From Octopus sinensis (lineage: Eukaryota), in assembly GCF_006345805.1 (NCBI RefSeq), contig NW_021835699.1, positions 1-39,057 of the forward strand: a stretch of 39,057 nucleotides of DNA, in the 5' to 3' direction. The notes under the pieces are model-generated. The model searched no databases. It saw nothing but the letters and a program-made list of their open reading frames with translations, and was not told the DNA's origin. Positions 22,785 through 35,356 of this stretch are shown here, one piece after another (position 1 is the stretch's first letter; each line of letters begins with the position of its first letter). The translations under genes were made by a program, and so were the position numbers.

Positions 22785-22875
22785 TCTATATAACGTAAAC
22801 ATATTATATATATGTATTTATATGTGTGTATGTATGCTTGTATGAATATATGTAAGTATACATCTCTCTATCTAT

Positions 22876-22931
<56 letters not shown>

Positions 22932-23124
22932 GTGTATGACTGCGCTTGCATATTTATATGTATGTAAGCACTATTCCACAGTATATAGATTAATATTTCT
23001 TTGTGCATAGATGAAAAGAAAAGTATGTACTGTTTAAATTTAATTTAAATATTTGTATACAAATGAATAGAAACTTATAAATTTTATAGCAAACTTAAAC
23101 AGCCATAATGAATAGGATTTGAAT

Positions 23125-23215
23125 GTATTCAGAACGTCATTCCAAATTTGTATAAGTCTACATGTATTCTTAGAATTATCTGGTGTTTTGAAAATATAAT
23201 TTCATAACTGAATAA
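23125..23215 (+). repeat. Dispersed AT-rich repeat (second copy 25766-25857)
   Basis: GTATTCAGAAC..CATTCCAAATTTGTATAAGTC.ACATGTAT.CTTAGAA shared between the two sites. Confidence 0.8.
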
Positions 23216-23562
23216 TGTGAATGTAATACAATGAATGGTACCGACACATATCGAATATTCAATGTGTGGAATAATAAATCATCATTATTATGAATTTATA
23301 AACATGCATATATACATGCACATTGATATGAATATATACGCACACACACAAACGCATATGTGTATGTATATGAATCTATATCTATGGCTATCTACGTCTC
23401 TATCCGTCTGTCTTTTTGTCTATATAGATAGATAAGTATAGATATAGATATTAGCATATAGATACAGCACATAAACGCATGTAGTATATTCATATGCAAT
23501 TATGATCATATATATACGTCTGTGTATTTACATAGACGTACACATAGATGTGGTATATATAG

Positions 23563-23593
<31 letters not shown>

Positions 23594-24269
23594 ATTATAT
23601 ATATATATATCATACCACGCACGCACACACACAAACATATATATGTGTATGTATGTATGTGTATCTATATGTATGTATATGTATATATATATATACTCAC
23701 ACACATTTATATATATATATATACGTATCGAATTACAAGTATGTATGCATTTATATATGCGTGTAATTATATATAGATATGTGGTGCATGTATGCTGGTG
23801 GTTTCTCTGTGTATGCGTGTTTGTGTGAGAACTAATATATATGTATGTATGTGTGTATGTATGTGTGTATGTATCTTTGTATATATGTATGTATCTCACT
23901 CTCAATCTATTTATCTATCTTTCTATATCTATATCCATGTGTGTGTGATTGTGTTTGTGTGTGTATGTGGTGTGTGTGTGTGTGTGTGTGTGTGGTTAAG
24001 CCGGGCGAAACTTCAAAGTCACTATCGACAAAATTTGTAATCTCCAAAAATATAGAGTAACCCATTAGATTAATGTAAAATTGTTTTATTATCACTGAAC
24101 ATCTATTCATATATATTATATATATATATACATACACAAATTTAAAATGAGAGTGAGAAATTGGATATTAAGTTAGTCAAATTAGCATCAATTTAACACC
24201 AGTTGTCTACCATATAAAAATCTGAAGGTTCAGTAAACTATTATGTACTTGATTAATTATGCAGATTTC

Positions 24270-24560
24270 CAAGTATACATACAGAATCACTTGTTCTAGC
24301 CAAAACTTCGTACCTCGCAGAGCCGCATGGCATAACGGTTTCATGTTCACTCTTCACTCTCATGTACACCATTGTACAACAAAATTTGCACGACTTAAAT
24401 CCCTGCCGGGAGTTATTAACTCTTTTAAAGACGCGTACCCAAATACCTCTTGACCTGCTATAAAGCACTTTGACACACGCCATTTTACCCTTTTGCCGAA
24501 ATAGTAAAATAAACAAGAAAATCGAGCGACCTTGCATCCGTCATGTTTCAATCCACCATT
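24270..24560 (-). mobile_element. Possible PLE GIY-YIG relic
   Basis: IWVRVFKR..RQGFKSCKFC..KSEHETVM..RYEVLAR. Confidence 0.4.
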
Positions 24561-25039
24561 TTGAATAACACTTGTCACATCTGATCGTTCTGCACCTCCA
24601 TCTAACCATCACATCGTACTTCACGTCATTCATCTTTTCTTTTTTACCAGATCATTACTCCATCAGTTCCAATTCCTTCTACTGCTTTTCCGCTTCACTT
24701 CACCTTTGGTCTCTCTAAATTCATTTTTTAATCTCTTTTGCATTCTATTACCCTCGTCTTTTAATCCATTTAGATTCCAATCCATTATAAAAATTAGACT
24801 GATTTTGATTTCTTTACTACTTTTTTAAAAATCTATGATTTTTTTAATAAATTACAAACATGTACTTTAATATTTAATATATTTTTTATAGATTAATACA
24901 TATTTATACACATTTATAGATTTAGCTTTTTCGTTACATATTCTTATTGCATGCACTTTTCGTGGACTAAAATATTAATTCATTTTAATATCGATTTTGA
25001 AGATTCATTAGTTAATTCCTATTATCACTTATTCGTCAC

Positions 25040-25157
25040 TGATCCAGCTCAATTGAGATACCGTAGAAGATATTTGCTGAAGTTGGCACACAGTAGGATT
25101 GAACCTGGAACTATGTGGCTGGGATGCAAACCTCTTGCTACACAGCTATGCATGCGT
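25040..25157 (-). mobile_element. Diverged SINE type B head
   Basis: GTAGAAGATATTTG..CAGTAGGATTGAACCTGGAACTATGTGG..ACACAGC. Confidence 0.7.
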
Positions 25158-25946
25158 ATAGCCACGTCCACTGAGATTAAAATAAGGGCAAATATACTTG
25201 GTGATAATCAGTTATACTACCAAAATGACTACCACCCACAAAACAAAAGCAGACCACACGCTCATAGATTCGTATACTATACAGACATACAGACATGTGG
25301 ACAAATGTACAGCGCATTTACCTCCATTAACATTATATTACATATGTGCACTCTAGTCTATTGTTTCTTGTTGCGCCATTTTAATATATATACATACATA
25401 GATACATACATACATACACACACATATATATGTATGCGGTTGTTTATATATATACATATGTATATATATATATGCATGTACATTATATATATACATTATA
25501 TATATATATATATGTATATATATATACATTATATATATATATATATGTATATATATATACATTATATATATATATACATATGCGTGTGTGTATGTATGTG
25601 TGTTACTCCAACACATACAATATGTTTTTGTTTATGAAAACACAAAAAAATATCCACATTTAATAATTGCGTGATTGTATTGTTCACATTTCATTTAAAT
25701 ATTTCAAGAGCGAGTAACGTGTTTAATGCCAAAACTGAAACACACAAAATAAATGAGAGTTCTACGTATTCAGAACAACATTCCAAATTTGTATAAGTCC
25801 ACATGTATCCTTAGAAATATCTATTATTTTCAGAACATAATTTCATAATTGAATAACTTGTTTATAAAAGAGCGGGCCCATCATATATCATATAGATGGC
25901 CAACACGTCTATTACTATCTAATATATATATATATATATATTATAT

Positions 25947-25981
<35 letters not shown>

Positions 25982-26062
25982 GTATATATATATCAGTCTG
26001 TCTCTCTCTCTTTATATATATATATATATATATGTATATAGATATAATATATATATATATAC

Positions 26063-26093
<31 letters not shown>

Positions 26094-26150
26094 ATATATA
26101 TATATATGTGTGTGTGTGTGGTGTGTGTGTGTGTGTGTGTTGTGTGTGTA

Positions 26151-26867
26151 TTTGTTTGTTTGAAAATGCACCTGAATTTGAAAAGATTGTAATTGTTTTC
26201 AAATGTATTAATTTATATACATACCAAACTAGTTTGAACAATTTTTGTTTATCGATGGTATATAAGTGCGAGATTTAAAAAAATAATTTAAATTGCAATG
26301 TAGCAAACATGTTTACATGGTTAAATGTTCACAAAATTCAACAATATCAAAAATGGTCGGCGAAGAACATAAAGTGTTGGTCATCATTTATAAATGTTTA
26401 AATTTTAACAAAAATGATCGGCGAAGAATATCAAAACAACGTGGATCAACATGCTTAAATGATTAAATTTTCACAACGTTCAATAGTATCAGAAATGAAC
26501 GGCGAAGAATATAAAAAATATGGATCACCAAAAGTTCGGTCATACTGAGTTAAGTGAGAGAAAAGAAGAAAAAAAAAAAAAAACAGGAATGGAGAATGTA
26601 AAGAAAACGGGTTTTGTTACAGATTCTGTCATCTTGGATTCTTTTTCCCGTCGCGTGAAGGGCTTAGCAGTTATGATATTATTGAATTTTCTGAACATTT
26701 AACCGTTTAAACATGTTTTCTACTTCACAATGTAAAATTTTAAAAATTCCATACGTTTATACCATTTAGAAACAAAACATTGATGAAACTAGCTTGGCAT
26801 GTATGGAAATAGATATATTTAAAAAAACAAATAGTTTTTCAAATTCAGGTTTATTTTCAACAACAAA
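26151..26867. mobile_element. Foldback/MITE-like element with ~200-bp imperfect TIRs and internal subrepeats
   Basis: Arms 26151-26349 and 26674-26867 are imperfect reverse complements; AAATG..CGGCGAAGAA at ~26352, ~26412 and ~26493. Confidence 0.8.
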
Positions 26868-26949
26868 TTCTCCTATATTTTTTTCCTGAGTGGAAATTTT
26901 GGCCCTTCTTTTCTTATATATATATATATACACACTCTTCGATTTCAGA

Positions 26950-27200
26950 TGCAGAAGAAAGTCCATATGAGGAAGATATGGTCTCGCTTTGATTGGATTC
27001 CTAATTTTGATTGGATTCCTGTTTACGTATTTTTCTATCACGAAAGTGCCGTATAAATAGACCTTATATTTGAACAGCATTACCAACTTTGTTTCATGAA
27101 ATGTAGGTGTTTTCATCCTTTCTTCTGTATTCTTTTTAATGTGCATTGAAGTTTTCCTGCTACCATAAAATGAGTTTAGACGGACACCGGATATAAGATA
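26950..27200 (-). mobile_element. Possible PLE GIY-YIG relic
   Basis: FKYKVYLYGT..EKYV..IKARPY. Confidence 0.35.
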
Positions 27201-27599
27201 CCACATGAGAGATCATTAAATATTCCATCTATAGTTCAAAAAATTTATAACATTTTATTCATATTACGTAACTTTTTCTCGATTTTATTAAATTTTGTTT
27301 GAAGTTATCGTTAGGTTTTAAGCTATAGATATGGCATTTTTTCAGTTGCCAATATCGGAGGAGACTGATATGAATATAATCATATCAATAAATAATTAAT
27401 TAGATTAATTAGATTATGTTGTAAATTAAATCCCACTTCCATTCAGAATATAGATGTGATATACATATGTGTGTATATGTGTGTGTAGTATATGTGTGTG
27501 CGTGCGTGTATGTTGTATATGTGTGTGCGTGCGCGTATATATATATATATATTATATATATATATATATAGATATATATATATATATATATATTATAAA

Positions 27600-27950
27600 T
27601 GTAAACAAACAAACGAAGTTTGCTTTAGAAGCGTTGAGATGTCTTAGAAAGTCAAAGAAGTGAATTTAAATTCTGAAACGCAAGATGATGTTAATAATAT
27701 AAACTGAAAAGCTACCCCTATTTTGCAGAAATAATTTGAAGTCATGTACCGAGGAGCCTATAATAAGGGCTAAATGTCGCTATCTGCAATTAATAAGACA
27801 TCTAAACAGAAGTATAAGGAATTATATTGAAATATGGATATATTGTTTCATATGCTCTTTCACTCATCAGAAAAAAGGCCTCTCATAACAAAAACAAGTT
27901 ATAAACCCTGAAGCGATTATAACCAGCAACGACAGTAAGAGATCGAAGAC
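27600..27950 (+). mobile_element. Possible PLE GIY-YIG end relic
   Basis: NIN*K, NNLKSC, AKCRY (27769-27783); hammerhead-like CTGAAG..GATCGAAG at ~27908-27949. Confidence 0.4.
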
Positions 27951-27968
27951 AAAATACCCACATATATT

Positions 27969-28372
27969 CTCTTTTACTCTTTTACTTGTTTCAGTCATTT
28001 GACTGCGGCCATGCCGGAGCACAGCCTTTAATCGAGCAACTCGACTCCGGGACTTATTCTTTTGTAAGCCCAGTACTTATTCAATCGGTCTCTTTTGCCG
28101 AACCGCTATGTAACGGGGACATAAACACACCAGCATCGGCTATCAAGCAATGTTAGGGGGACAAACACAGACACACAAACGCACACACGCATATATATAT
28201 ACATATACATATATACGACAGGCTTCTTTCAGTTTCCGTCTACCAAATCCACTCACAAGGCTTTGGTCGGCCCGAGGCTATAGTAGAAGACACTTGCCCA
28301 AGGTGCCACGCAGTGGGACTGAACCCGGAATCATGTGGTTGGTAAGCAAGCTACTTACCACACAGCCACTCC
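27969..28372 (-). mobile_element. SINE type B, near full length
   Basis: 12-bp TSD with one mismatch: CCCACATATATT (27957-27968) / CCCACGTATATT (28371-28382). Confidence 0.92.
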
Positions 28373-28845
28373 CACGTATATTGTTTAATAATTTTCTGAA
28401 AAAGAAAAAAAAAAAGAAATTCAAAATCCAGCCACCACTTACTTAACTTATCTGTTTATCAGCTCAAAGTTGTTTCTGTTCTTGTCTTGATAAAAAATAT
28501 TGTTTTCAATATATGATTTTTCATTTGATCGATTTCATTTCCTTTTCTCTCTTTATGCATAATTTTCTTATGAAACTATTATTGATTTACTTAGTTTATT
28601 TCAGCGCTCTCATTTCTTTTCACTTTCTATGTATCATAATTTATTTAATATCCTCCATGAAATAGTTTCTTATATCAACTGTTTAACAGTAATATTTTGC
28701 CATATATAAATGCTCGGAAGGCTATAAAATTCTGGTGCTGACGTGCAACCCAGTGTTCTAGATTTGATATCAGTTTTCGGCATGACATTATAGGATATGT
28801 TTTGAGCTATAAGCTTAGGTTGGTCAATATTATAGAAGTAATTAA

Positions 28846-29360
28846 GCTGGCGAGCTGGCAAAAGCATTATCACGTCCAGGAAAATGCTTAGCGGCAGTTC
28901 GTCAGTCTTTACGTTCTGAGTTCAAATTTGGCCGAGGTCAACTTGCCGTTAATCTTCCCGGGTTCGATAAAATAAGTTTGTCCCTTCTGTGTTTACCCCC
29001 TTATGGGTAGTAAAGAAATAGGTATATCGTCTGTCTTTACGTTCTGAGTTCAAATTCCACCGAAGTTGACTTTGCCTTTCATCCTTTCGGGGTCGATTAA
29101 ATAAGTACCAGTTACGCACTGGAGTCGATATATTCCACTTAATCCGTTTGTCCCTTCTGTGTTTAGCCCCTTGTCGGTAGTAAAGAAATAGGTATACCGT
29201 CTGTCTTTACGTTCTGAGTTCAAATTTCACCGAAGTTGACTTTGCCTTTCATCTTTTCGAGGTCGATAAATTAAGTACCAATTACCTACGCGGGTCGATC
29301 TAATCGACTGGTCCCCTCCCCCAAAATGTAGGTCCTTGTGCCTAAAGAAGAAAAAGAATA
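28846..29360 (+). mobile_element. SINE type A, three units, alternative tail
   Basis: Head then three GAGTTCAAATT units; ends GATCTAATCGACTGGTCCCC...CCTTGTGCCT..AGAAAAAAGAAT. Confidence 0.88.
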
Positions 29361-29559
29361 AATATTGTTTATTCGTACCACACGAAGTTACAAGCACTTC
29401 TTTTATTACGGGAATTATCTACCAGCGATCGATTCGTTTCTAAAGTGTAACAGAAAACACACGCCTTTTGTGTTTAGAAACAAATACAATATTGATATAA
29501 ATAAATAAACATAAAATGCTCACAGAATAATAGTTTTCTTATACACAAAGTAGTTTCTT

Positions 29560-29850
29560 GAACACATTGCTGTTTATTATTTGTCACTTTATCGAAGACG
29601 TGCACCGATCTGCTCTTCCTTCAAAGAGAAGCAGCTAAGTGCATGTAATAGACAATGTCGGAGGCTGCAACTGACTGACTGATCAGACAACAAAGAAAAC
29701 AATTGATTAATGTGTTAAGTATTTGTTAACAGTAAAAGATGAAATAAAACCACTGCATGCTTTTATATTGGCGAAATGTCTCTTCCAAAGTAGAACATCT
29801 GTTTCAGCCTATGATTTCATATCAAGCATTCTTGCTGGATCAATAAGACA
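29560..29850 (+). mobile_element. Possible PLE GIY-YIG relic
   Basis: H..SSFKEK, NSKR*N (29728-29745), FYI. Confidence 0.3.
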
Positions 29851-29935
29851 ACGTTGTATTTGTCATACATATATATGTATACATGTTTATACACACACAC
29901 ACACACACATACGCAGAGACACATAGACACACACA

Positions 29936-30237
29936 CCCGAAAAGATGAAAGGCAAATTCGACCTCAGTGAAATTTGAACTCACAACGTAACGGCAGACGA
30001 TATACCTATTTCTTTATTACCCACAAGGGGCTAAATACAGAGAGGACAAACAAGGACAGACATAGATATTAAATCGATTACATCGACCCTAGTGCGTAAC
30101 TGGTACTTAATTTATCGACCCCGAAAGGATGAAAGGCAAAGTCGACCTCGGCGGAATTTGAACTCAGAATGTAGCGGCAGACGAAATACCGCTAGGCATT
30201 TCGCCCGGCGTGCTAACGTTTCTGCCAGCTCGCCGCC
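29936..30237 (-). mobile_element. SINE type A, ~1.4 units
   Basis: Head at 30237; second unit truncated at a CA tract. Confidence 0.9.
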
Positions 30238-31149
30238 TAACAAATAAATGATATTGTAAATGATCCTTTGAAAAAAACACACTGGTCCATCGGCTTCGGC
30301 CGATGCTCACACACACACACATACATAAACATGCATACACACAAAGTATCCGTTTAACACACTCGCATACGACAATATGATACCACAAAGGAATAGATGA
30401 TTATCTTATAAATATTAACAATAATATGCTGTGGGCTCATAACTGAGTGTCTCAGTAACGACTTAGAGCTTCATCGGGCGTGTAATTCTACACTGAGGTT
30501 ATTGGTTTTGCAGTGGCCAAGCGAAATATATATATATATGGATAAAACTATAACTAGAGAACTTACTTGAACTTGAGCATGCAGGCATTTAGACTTAGGG
30601 GTTAGATCTGTCATGAGGCCCAAGTTTCATACGGTTGATGTTTAACTTGGTTTGACTAGTGTCAAAGTGATTGAGATTACCAACACTTCTGAACCGGGCG
30701 CTGGTCTGTCGCAGGGTTAACCTGCCGATTATTGATGGCACTCAGAGTTCAATCGAATCGAACAACGTAAAATAAAGTACACAAACAAACCGCTCGTCCC
30801 GGAATCGAAACCGCGGTTCTTTGATTGTGAGACCTTTCGCCAACAGTCATTTAGGTGATGGAAATTTAACTTGATCACACAGGAAAGAGAATGATTTACA
30901 AAACGAAGCTAAATACAACAACGAGGAACTTAATAGAACCTTATCACATTTCTGATACCTTACAAAATTCACACACATGACAAAAAAAAAATGTTACACA
31001 TTAAAACTGGATCCATAATACGGTTAATATGATCAGATAGGTTTCCTTTCAATATTTACCATTTTAATTCAATGAACATCTTCCTTTAATGAGATAACTA
31101 ACGGATAATTAATTTGGCCTTAGATTTGTAGCGTGTGGCAATTTAAAAG

Positions 31150-31500
31150 AAAATTAGCTACTTAATTGTTTCATTAAGCATGCAGACGCTTCTACTAAAT
31201 TTCACACGCAAGGAAGCCGATTGTAAAAATCTTAATTGCAACATGGGTGTATTTAATCAATACCTTCTGTTACTGTTCAACTCCCGAGCCTTCTATGCTG
31301 AATATATTTCAGTTAGAGAAAGACAATGCAATGCGCTTGCTTCAGCAACTAAATACTTACATTTTGAATATTCAAATGATGTCATACTTTCTCGGATTTA
31401 ACACACCTTTGTTTTTTTTTGGCATTTGCTCAATTTCAAATATTACACAACCGTGTAAAAGTTGTTCCTGGTGTGAAAAAAACCCAACAGAAAAGCACAA
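31150..31500 (+). mobile_element. Possible PLE GIY-YIG relic
   Basis: NIFQLEKDN...KSCSWC..TEK, versus YIWQLKDN...KRCNLCLTEK. Confidence 0.4.
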
Positions 31501-31591
31501 AACAAATATACATATGTAGGCATACATGCATGTGCGTATATTCCTCTCCCTTTCTCTTTTTCTTGCTCTCTGTATCATATATATATATATA

Positions 31592-31897
31592 TCACCGTGA
31601 TCGACCAGGCTATCAGATGTTGCTATACATCGCTGGTCACAATGCGCTTCGCATTGTTTTAGCCTTCAAACGACGCCACCACGCCGCTGGCTAAGGGAGC
31701 AGGCCAACAGAAGAAAGAGTGAGAGAAAGTTGTGGCGAAAGAGTACAGCAAAGATTGCCACCACCCCCTGCCGGTGCCGCGTGGAGCTTTAGGTGTTTTC
31801 GCTCAATAAACACTCACAACGCCAGGTCTGGGAATCGAAACTGCGATCCTACAACCGCAAGCCCGCTGTCCTAACCACTGGGCCATTGCGCCTCCAC
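31592..31897 (-). mobile_element. SINE type C, full length
   Basis: A/B boxes on the minus strand; matches 33982-34292. Confidence 0.92.
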
Positions 31898-32113
31898 ACA
31901 CACACACACACACACAAACACACACATATATATATATTTGTATGTATGTATATGTATTATATATAAAGGATTTTCGTCTAATGACGAAATGTTATACGTA
32001 TGTACTATGAGTGCCCGGTTTGGCTTACCACTGCATCTGAAGGCAAGTTGGTGTTGGGGCTGCCTATCAAAGTTAGCTAGCTAGAAGTGGCTCATCATGG
32101 AATGGATATATAT

Positions 32114-32158
<45 letters not shown>

Positions 32159-32182
32159 ATATGTGTGTATATATATATATAT

Positions 32183-32526
32183 GGTAGCCTTCAACTAACA
32201 CTATCTCCTCCGAGACCTCTCAAGTTGACCAAAATTGAGAGAATGATAGAAGAAGGCTTGCTCTTCCTTCCGTAGAAGTAAATATTCAAACCGGAGCATG
32301 TTAACAGCAAAAATTATTTACATCAAAAAGGTGTTTTTTTTTATGAAAATCCCTATTTTTTTACAATTTTTTGACTGCTGTGTCGCCATTTTTCGGTGTA
32401 TTTCAACTAGAAAAACGTTCACTTAAAGTGAATAACAAGCTACATAGTGCAAAATTTTTACTTTTCGAAAATTCTAATTCTAAAGAGTCGAAACAAACCC
32501 GAGCAACGCCGGGCGATACTGCTTGT
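32183..32526 (+). mobile_element. Non-autonomous Helitron-like element, 3' portion
   Basis: Subterminal hairpin CCCGAGCAACGCCGGG (32498-32513) followed by GCTTGT (canonical CTAG end mutated); 5' limit uncertain. Confidence 0.5.
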
Positions 32527-32529
32527 ATA

Positions 32530-32722
32530 TTATCAGCTACCAAGGGACATGTTCAATTGATTACAGTCAAACAACTGACAAGCAAATCGGTGGTATTGAG
32601 CAGAATATTTGCTGTAGCCCATCTTTTATACCAAGACAAAATAATGTCTATGACAACACTTCCAATTAATTAAGATCAGACGACATGAGATCCAGTGCCT
32701 GGTACTGTATCAAGGCATTTAA
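32530..32722. repeat. Unclassified repeat end abutting (ATT)n
   Basis: Sharp junction with (ATT)n; recalled as a common octopus repeat, not verifiable within the window. Confidence 0.3.
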
Positions 32723-32748
32723 CATTATTATTATTACTATTATTATTA

Positions 32749-32821
<73 letters not shown>

Positions 32822-33089
32822 CAGCAGCAGCAGAAGCAGCAGCAGCAGCATTGTAGGTTTTCAGGCAAGGGTAAACAGAAATGCTTGCCGATGGCATTCA
32901 GTGACGTCATACCTAAAACTCATTAGATTCAATTAACAAGACGAATTGATATAATGTAAAAGGGGAGGACCTTTCCACTGATCCCTATGTACAAATGGAT
33001 TCACATCATTGATTTTAAATTTCTGTGCTATTTTTTTTTATCAGATATTCCCTTAAATGTTGGCTATCAATGGGGAAAGTGGACTTGGC

Positions 33090-33381
33090 CTTCTTCTCCT
33101 TCCCTCTTCTTCTTCTTGTTCTTCTTGTTCTTCTTTTTCGTCTTCTTCTTCTTGTTCTTGTTCTTGTTCTTCTTTTTCGTCTTCTTCTTCTTCTTCTTCT
33201 TCTTCTTCTTCTTCCCTCTTCTCCTTCTTCTTCTTCTTCTCCATCTTCTTCTTCCCCTCCTCCTCCTCCTCTTCTTCTTCTTCTCCTTCTCCTTCTTCTT
33301 CTTCTTCTTCTTCTTGCCTTCTTCTTCTTCTTCCTCTTCCTTCCGCTTCTTCTTCTTCTTCCTCTTCCTTCCTCTTCTTCT

Positions 33382-33413
<32 letters not shown>

Positions 33414-33630
33414 TTCTTCTTTTTCTTCTCCTCCTCCTCCTTCTTCTTCTTTTTCTTCTCTTTCTTCTTCTTCTTCTTCTTCTTTTTCTCTTTCTCCTTC
33501 TTCTCTTTCTCCTTCTTCTTCTTCTTCTTCTTCTTCGTCTTCTTTCTCTTCTTCTTCTTCTTCTCCTCCTCCTCCTTATTCTTCTTCTTCTCCTTCTTCT
33601 TCTTCTTCTTCTTCTTCATCTTCCCCCCTC
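33090..33630. repeat. Compound (CTT)n/(CCT)n polypyrimidine array
   Basis: Directly visible; source of the poly-S/F/L/K/E ORFs. Confidence 0.95.
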
Positions 33631-33981
33631 CTCTCCGAAACGCCGCTGCCTAGTACCATAAAGGACAATAATTATAACAATTATTCTCTCATCATCATAT
33701 CTTTCAAATCTAATGATACTTCGATCGCTGCTCCTCCCTTAAAACACCCCGAATTTCATCCTCTTTCGTTCGCATTCAAGCCACAGGCATCAATAAAATG
33801 ATTCTTTGACGATTCTCATCTCTTGTTGAAGAAAGACGAGTGCTAGACATCATCAAATGAGGTAAACACCGCAAAGATTTCGCATCTCCATTTGCTATCC
33901 ATGGTTGTTGCAAAAATTTACGATAATGAGATTGTGTTTCTGAGTTCAGCATTATAATGCAGTGAAACTGTATTTCAATAT

Positions 33982-34292
33982 CACCGTGCTCACCGTGATC
34001 GACCAGGCTATCAGATGTTGCTACACATCGCTGGTCACAATGCGCTTCGCAGTGTTTTAGCCTTCAAATGACGCCACCCTGCTGGCTATGCGAGCAGGCC
34101 AACAGAAGAAAGAGTGAGAGAAAGTTGTGGCGAAAGAGTACAGCAGGGATCGCCAACACCCCCTGCCGGAGCCTCGTGGAGCTTTAGGTGTTTTCGCTCA
34201 ATAAACACTCACAACGTCTGGTCTGGGAATCGAAACCGCGATCCTACGACCGCGAATCCGCTGCCCCAACCACTGGGCCATTGCGCCTCCAC
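33982..34292 (-). mobile_element. SINE type C, full length
   Basis: 12-bp TSD GTATTTCAATAT (33970-33981 / 34293-34304). Confidence 0.93.
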
Positions 34293-34402
34293 GTATTTCA
34301 ATATGTTGCTCATTTCTTCAGTTGCCTTCTTAAACCATTATAAAATCCTGTTTCAAGTATCTTATCACCCAACCTTGGTTAGCGAGACAAAATTTTAAGT
34401 AG

Positions 34403-34605
34403 GGTGCAGGAGTGGCTGTATGGTAAGTAGCTTTCTTACCAACCACATGGTTCCAGGTTCAGTCCCACTGCGTAGCACCATGGGCAAGTGTCTTCTACTA
34501 TAGCTTCGGGTCGACCAAAGCCTTGTGAGTGGATTTGGTAAACGGAAACTGAAAGAAAGAAAGCCCGTCTCGTTATATGTATATATGTGTATTTATATTA
34601 TATTG

Positions 34606-34651
<46 letters not shown>

Positions 34652-34871
34652 TGTGTCTGTGTTTGTGTTTGTGTCTGTGTTTGTCTCCCCAACATCGCTT
34701 GACAGCCGATGCCGGTGTGTCTACATCCCCGTAACCTAGCGGTTCGGCAAAAGAGACTGATAGAATAAGTACTAGGCTTACAAAGGATAAGTCCTGGGGT
34801 CGATTTGCTCGACTAAAGGCGGTGCTCCAGCATGGCTGCACTCAAATAACTGAAACAAGTAAAAGAGTAAA
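34403..34871 (+). mobile_element. SINE type B, full length
   Basis: tRNA-like head, central TA/TG tract, tail GGCGGTGCTCCAGCATGG...GAAACAAGTAAAAGAG. Confidence 0.92.
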
Positions 34872-35356
34872 ACAAAAAAAAAAAGAGTAGAAGAGATTAC
34901 CATTGTGAGGCAACTCCATTGACGGGATTATCTCACTGAACTCTTTCTTAAAGCTGCTGACTGTTCCAGTGTCGCTGAGACTGGCGGAAGAAAAGAGGAA
35001 CGCTATATTAAGATTCAATGTATATCCCAAATGCTTGCACAGAAGTGAATCCGTTAAAATAAACCAAAGCAAGTCGAGGTGTTAAAGTATTAAATCGGAC
35101 GACAGATAATGTTTACATCTTAAAAAAGAAGCTGCATGAAACTTAGTTATCTGCCGAGAGACACGTATAATCACTGGCATCATATAAAAACACGCAATCT
35201 ATGAGAGTACCAAAGCGTTCAGTGGCAATTCTTTCACTTTCAAGATAGCACAATTCGTATACCCATTAATCTCCTACTATCACAGTTTCGTATCGTATAA
35301 ACACACATCTACAATATACGAAGCATTAGACTTAAACCACGGGCGATTAACTAATA

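Larger units (their letters stand above)
32860..35305 (+). mobile_element. Longest decayed Penelope-like element (RT to GIY-YIG), split by a (CTT)n array and two SINEs
   Basis: SMGKVDLA (~33068), FKSNDT, HPLS, RRV..SSNE, YKILF..QVSY, YHC..PLTG, LKAA, EERYIK, TYN, TRNL*, VSYKH in consensus order. Confidence 0.55.

Noticed and set aside
24476-24487. YY1-like CGCCATTTT (and CRE TGACGTCA near 32902) as promoter elements
   Set aside because: Isolated short motifs inside probable TE relics, with no gene start nearby.
24951-25637. 228-aa ORF
   Set aside because: Runs through an antisense SINE B head and TA repeats.
27825-27875. Minus-strand CTGATGA..GAAA hammerhead
   Set aside because: Stem II is mostly G-U, stem I is essentially absent, and it is opposite in orientation to the local PLE relic; probably chance.
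32987-33801. Long ORFs of 188-258 aa
   Set aside because: Open only because the (CTT)n array lacks stops; the flanks are better explained as a PLE relic.
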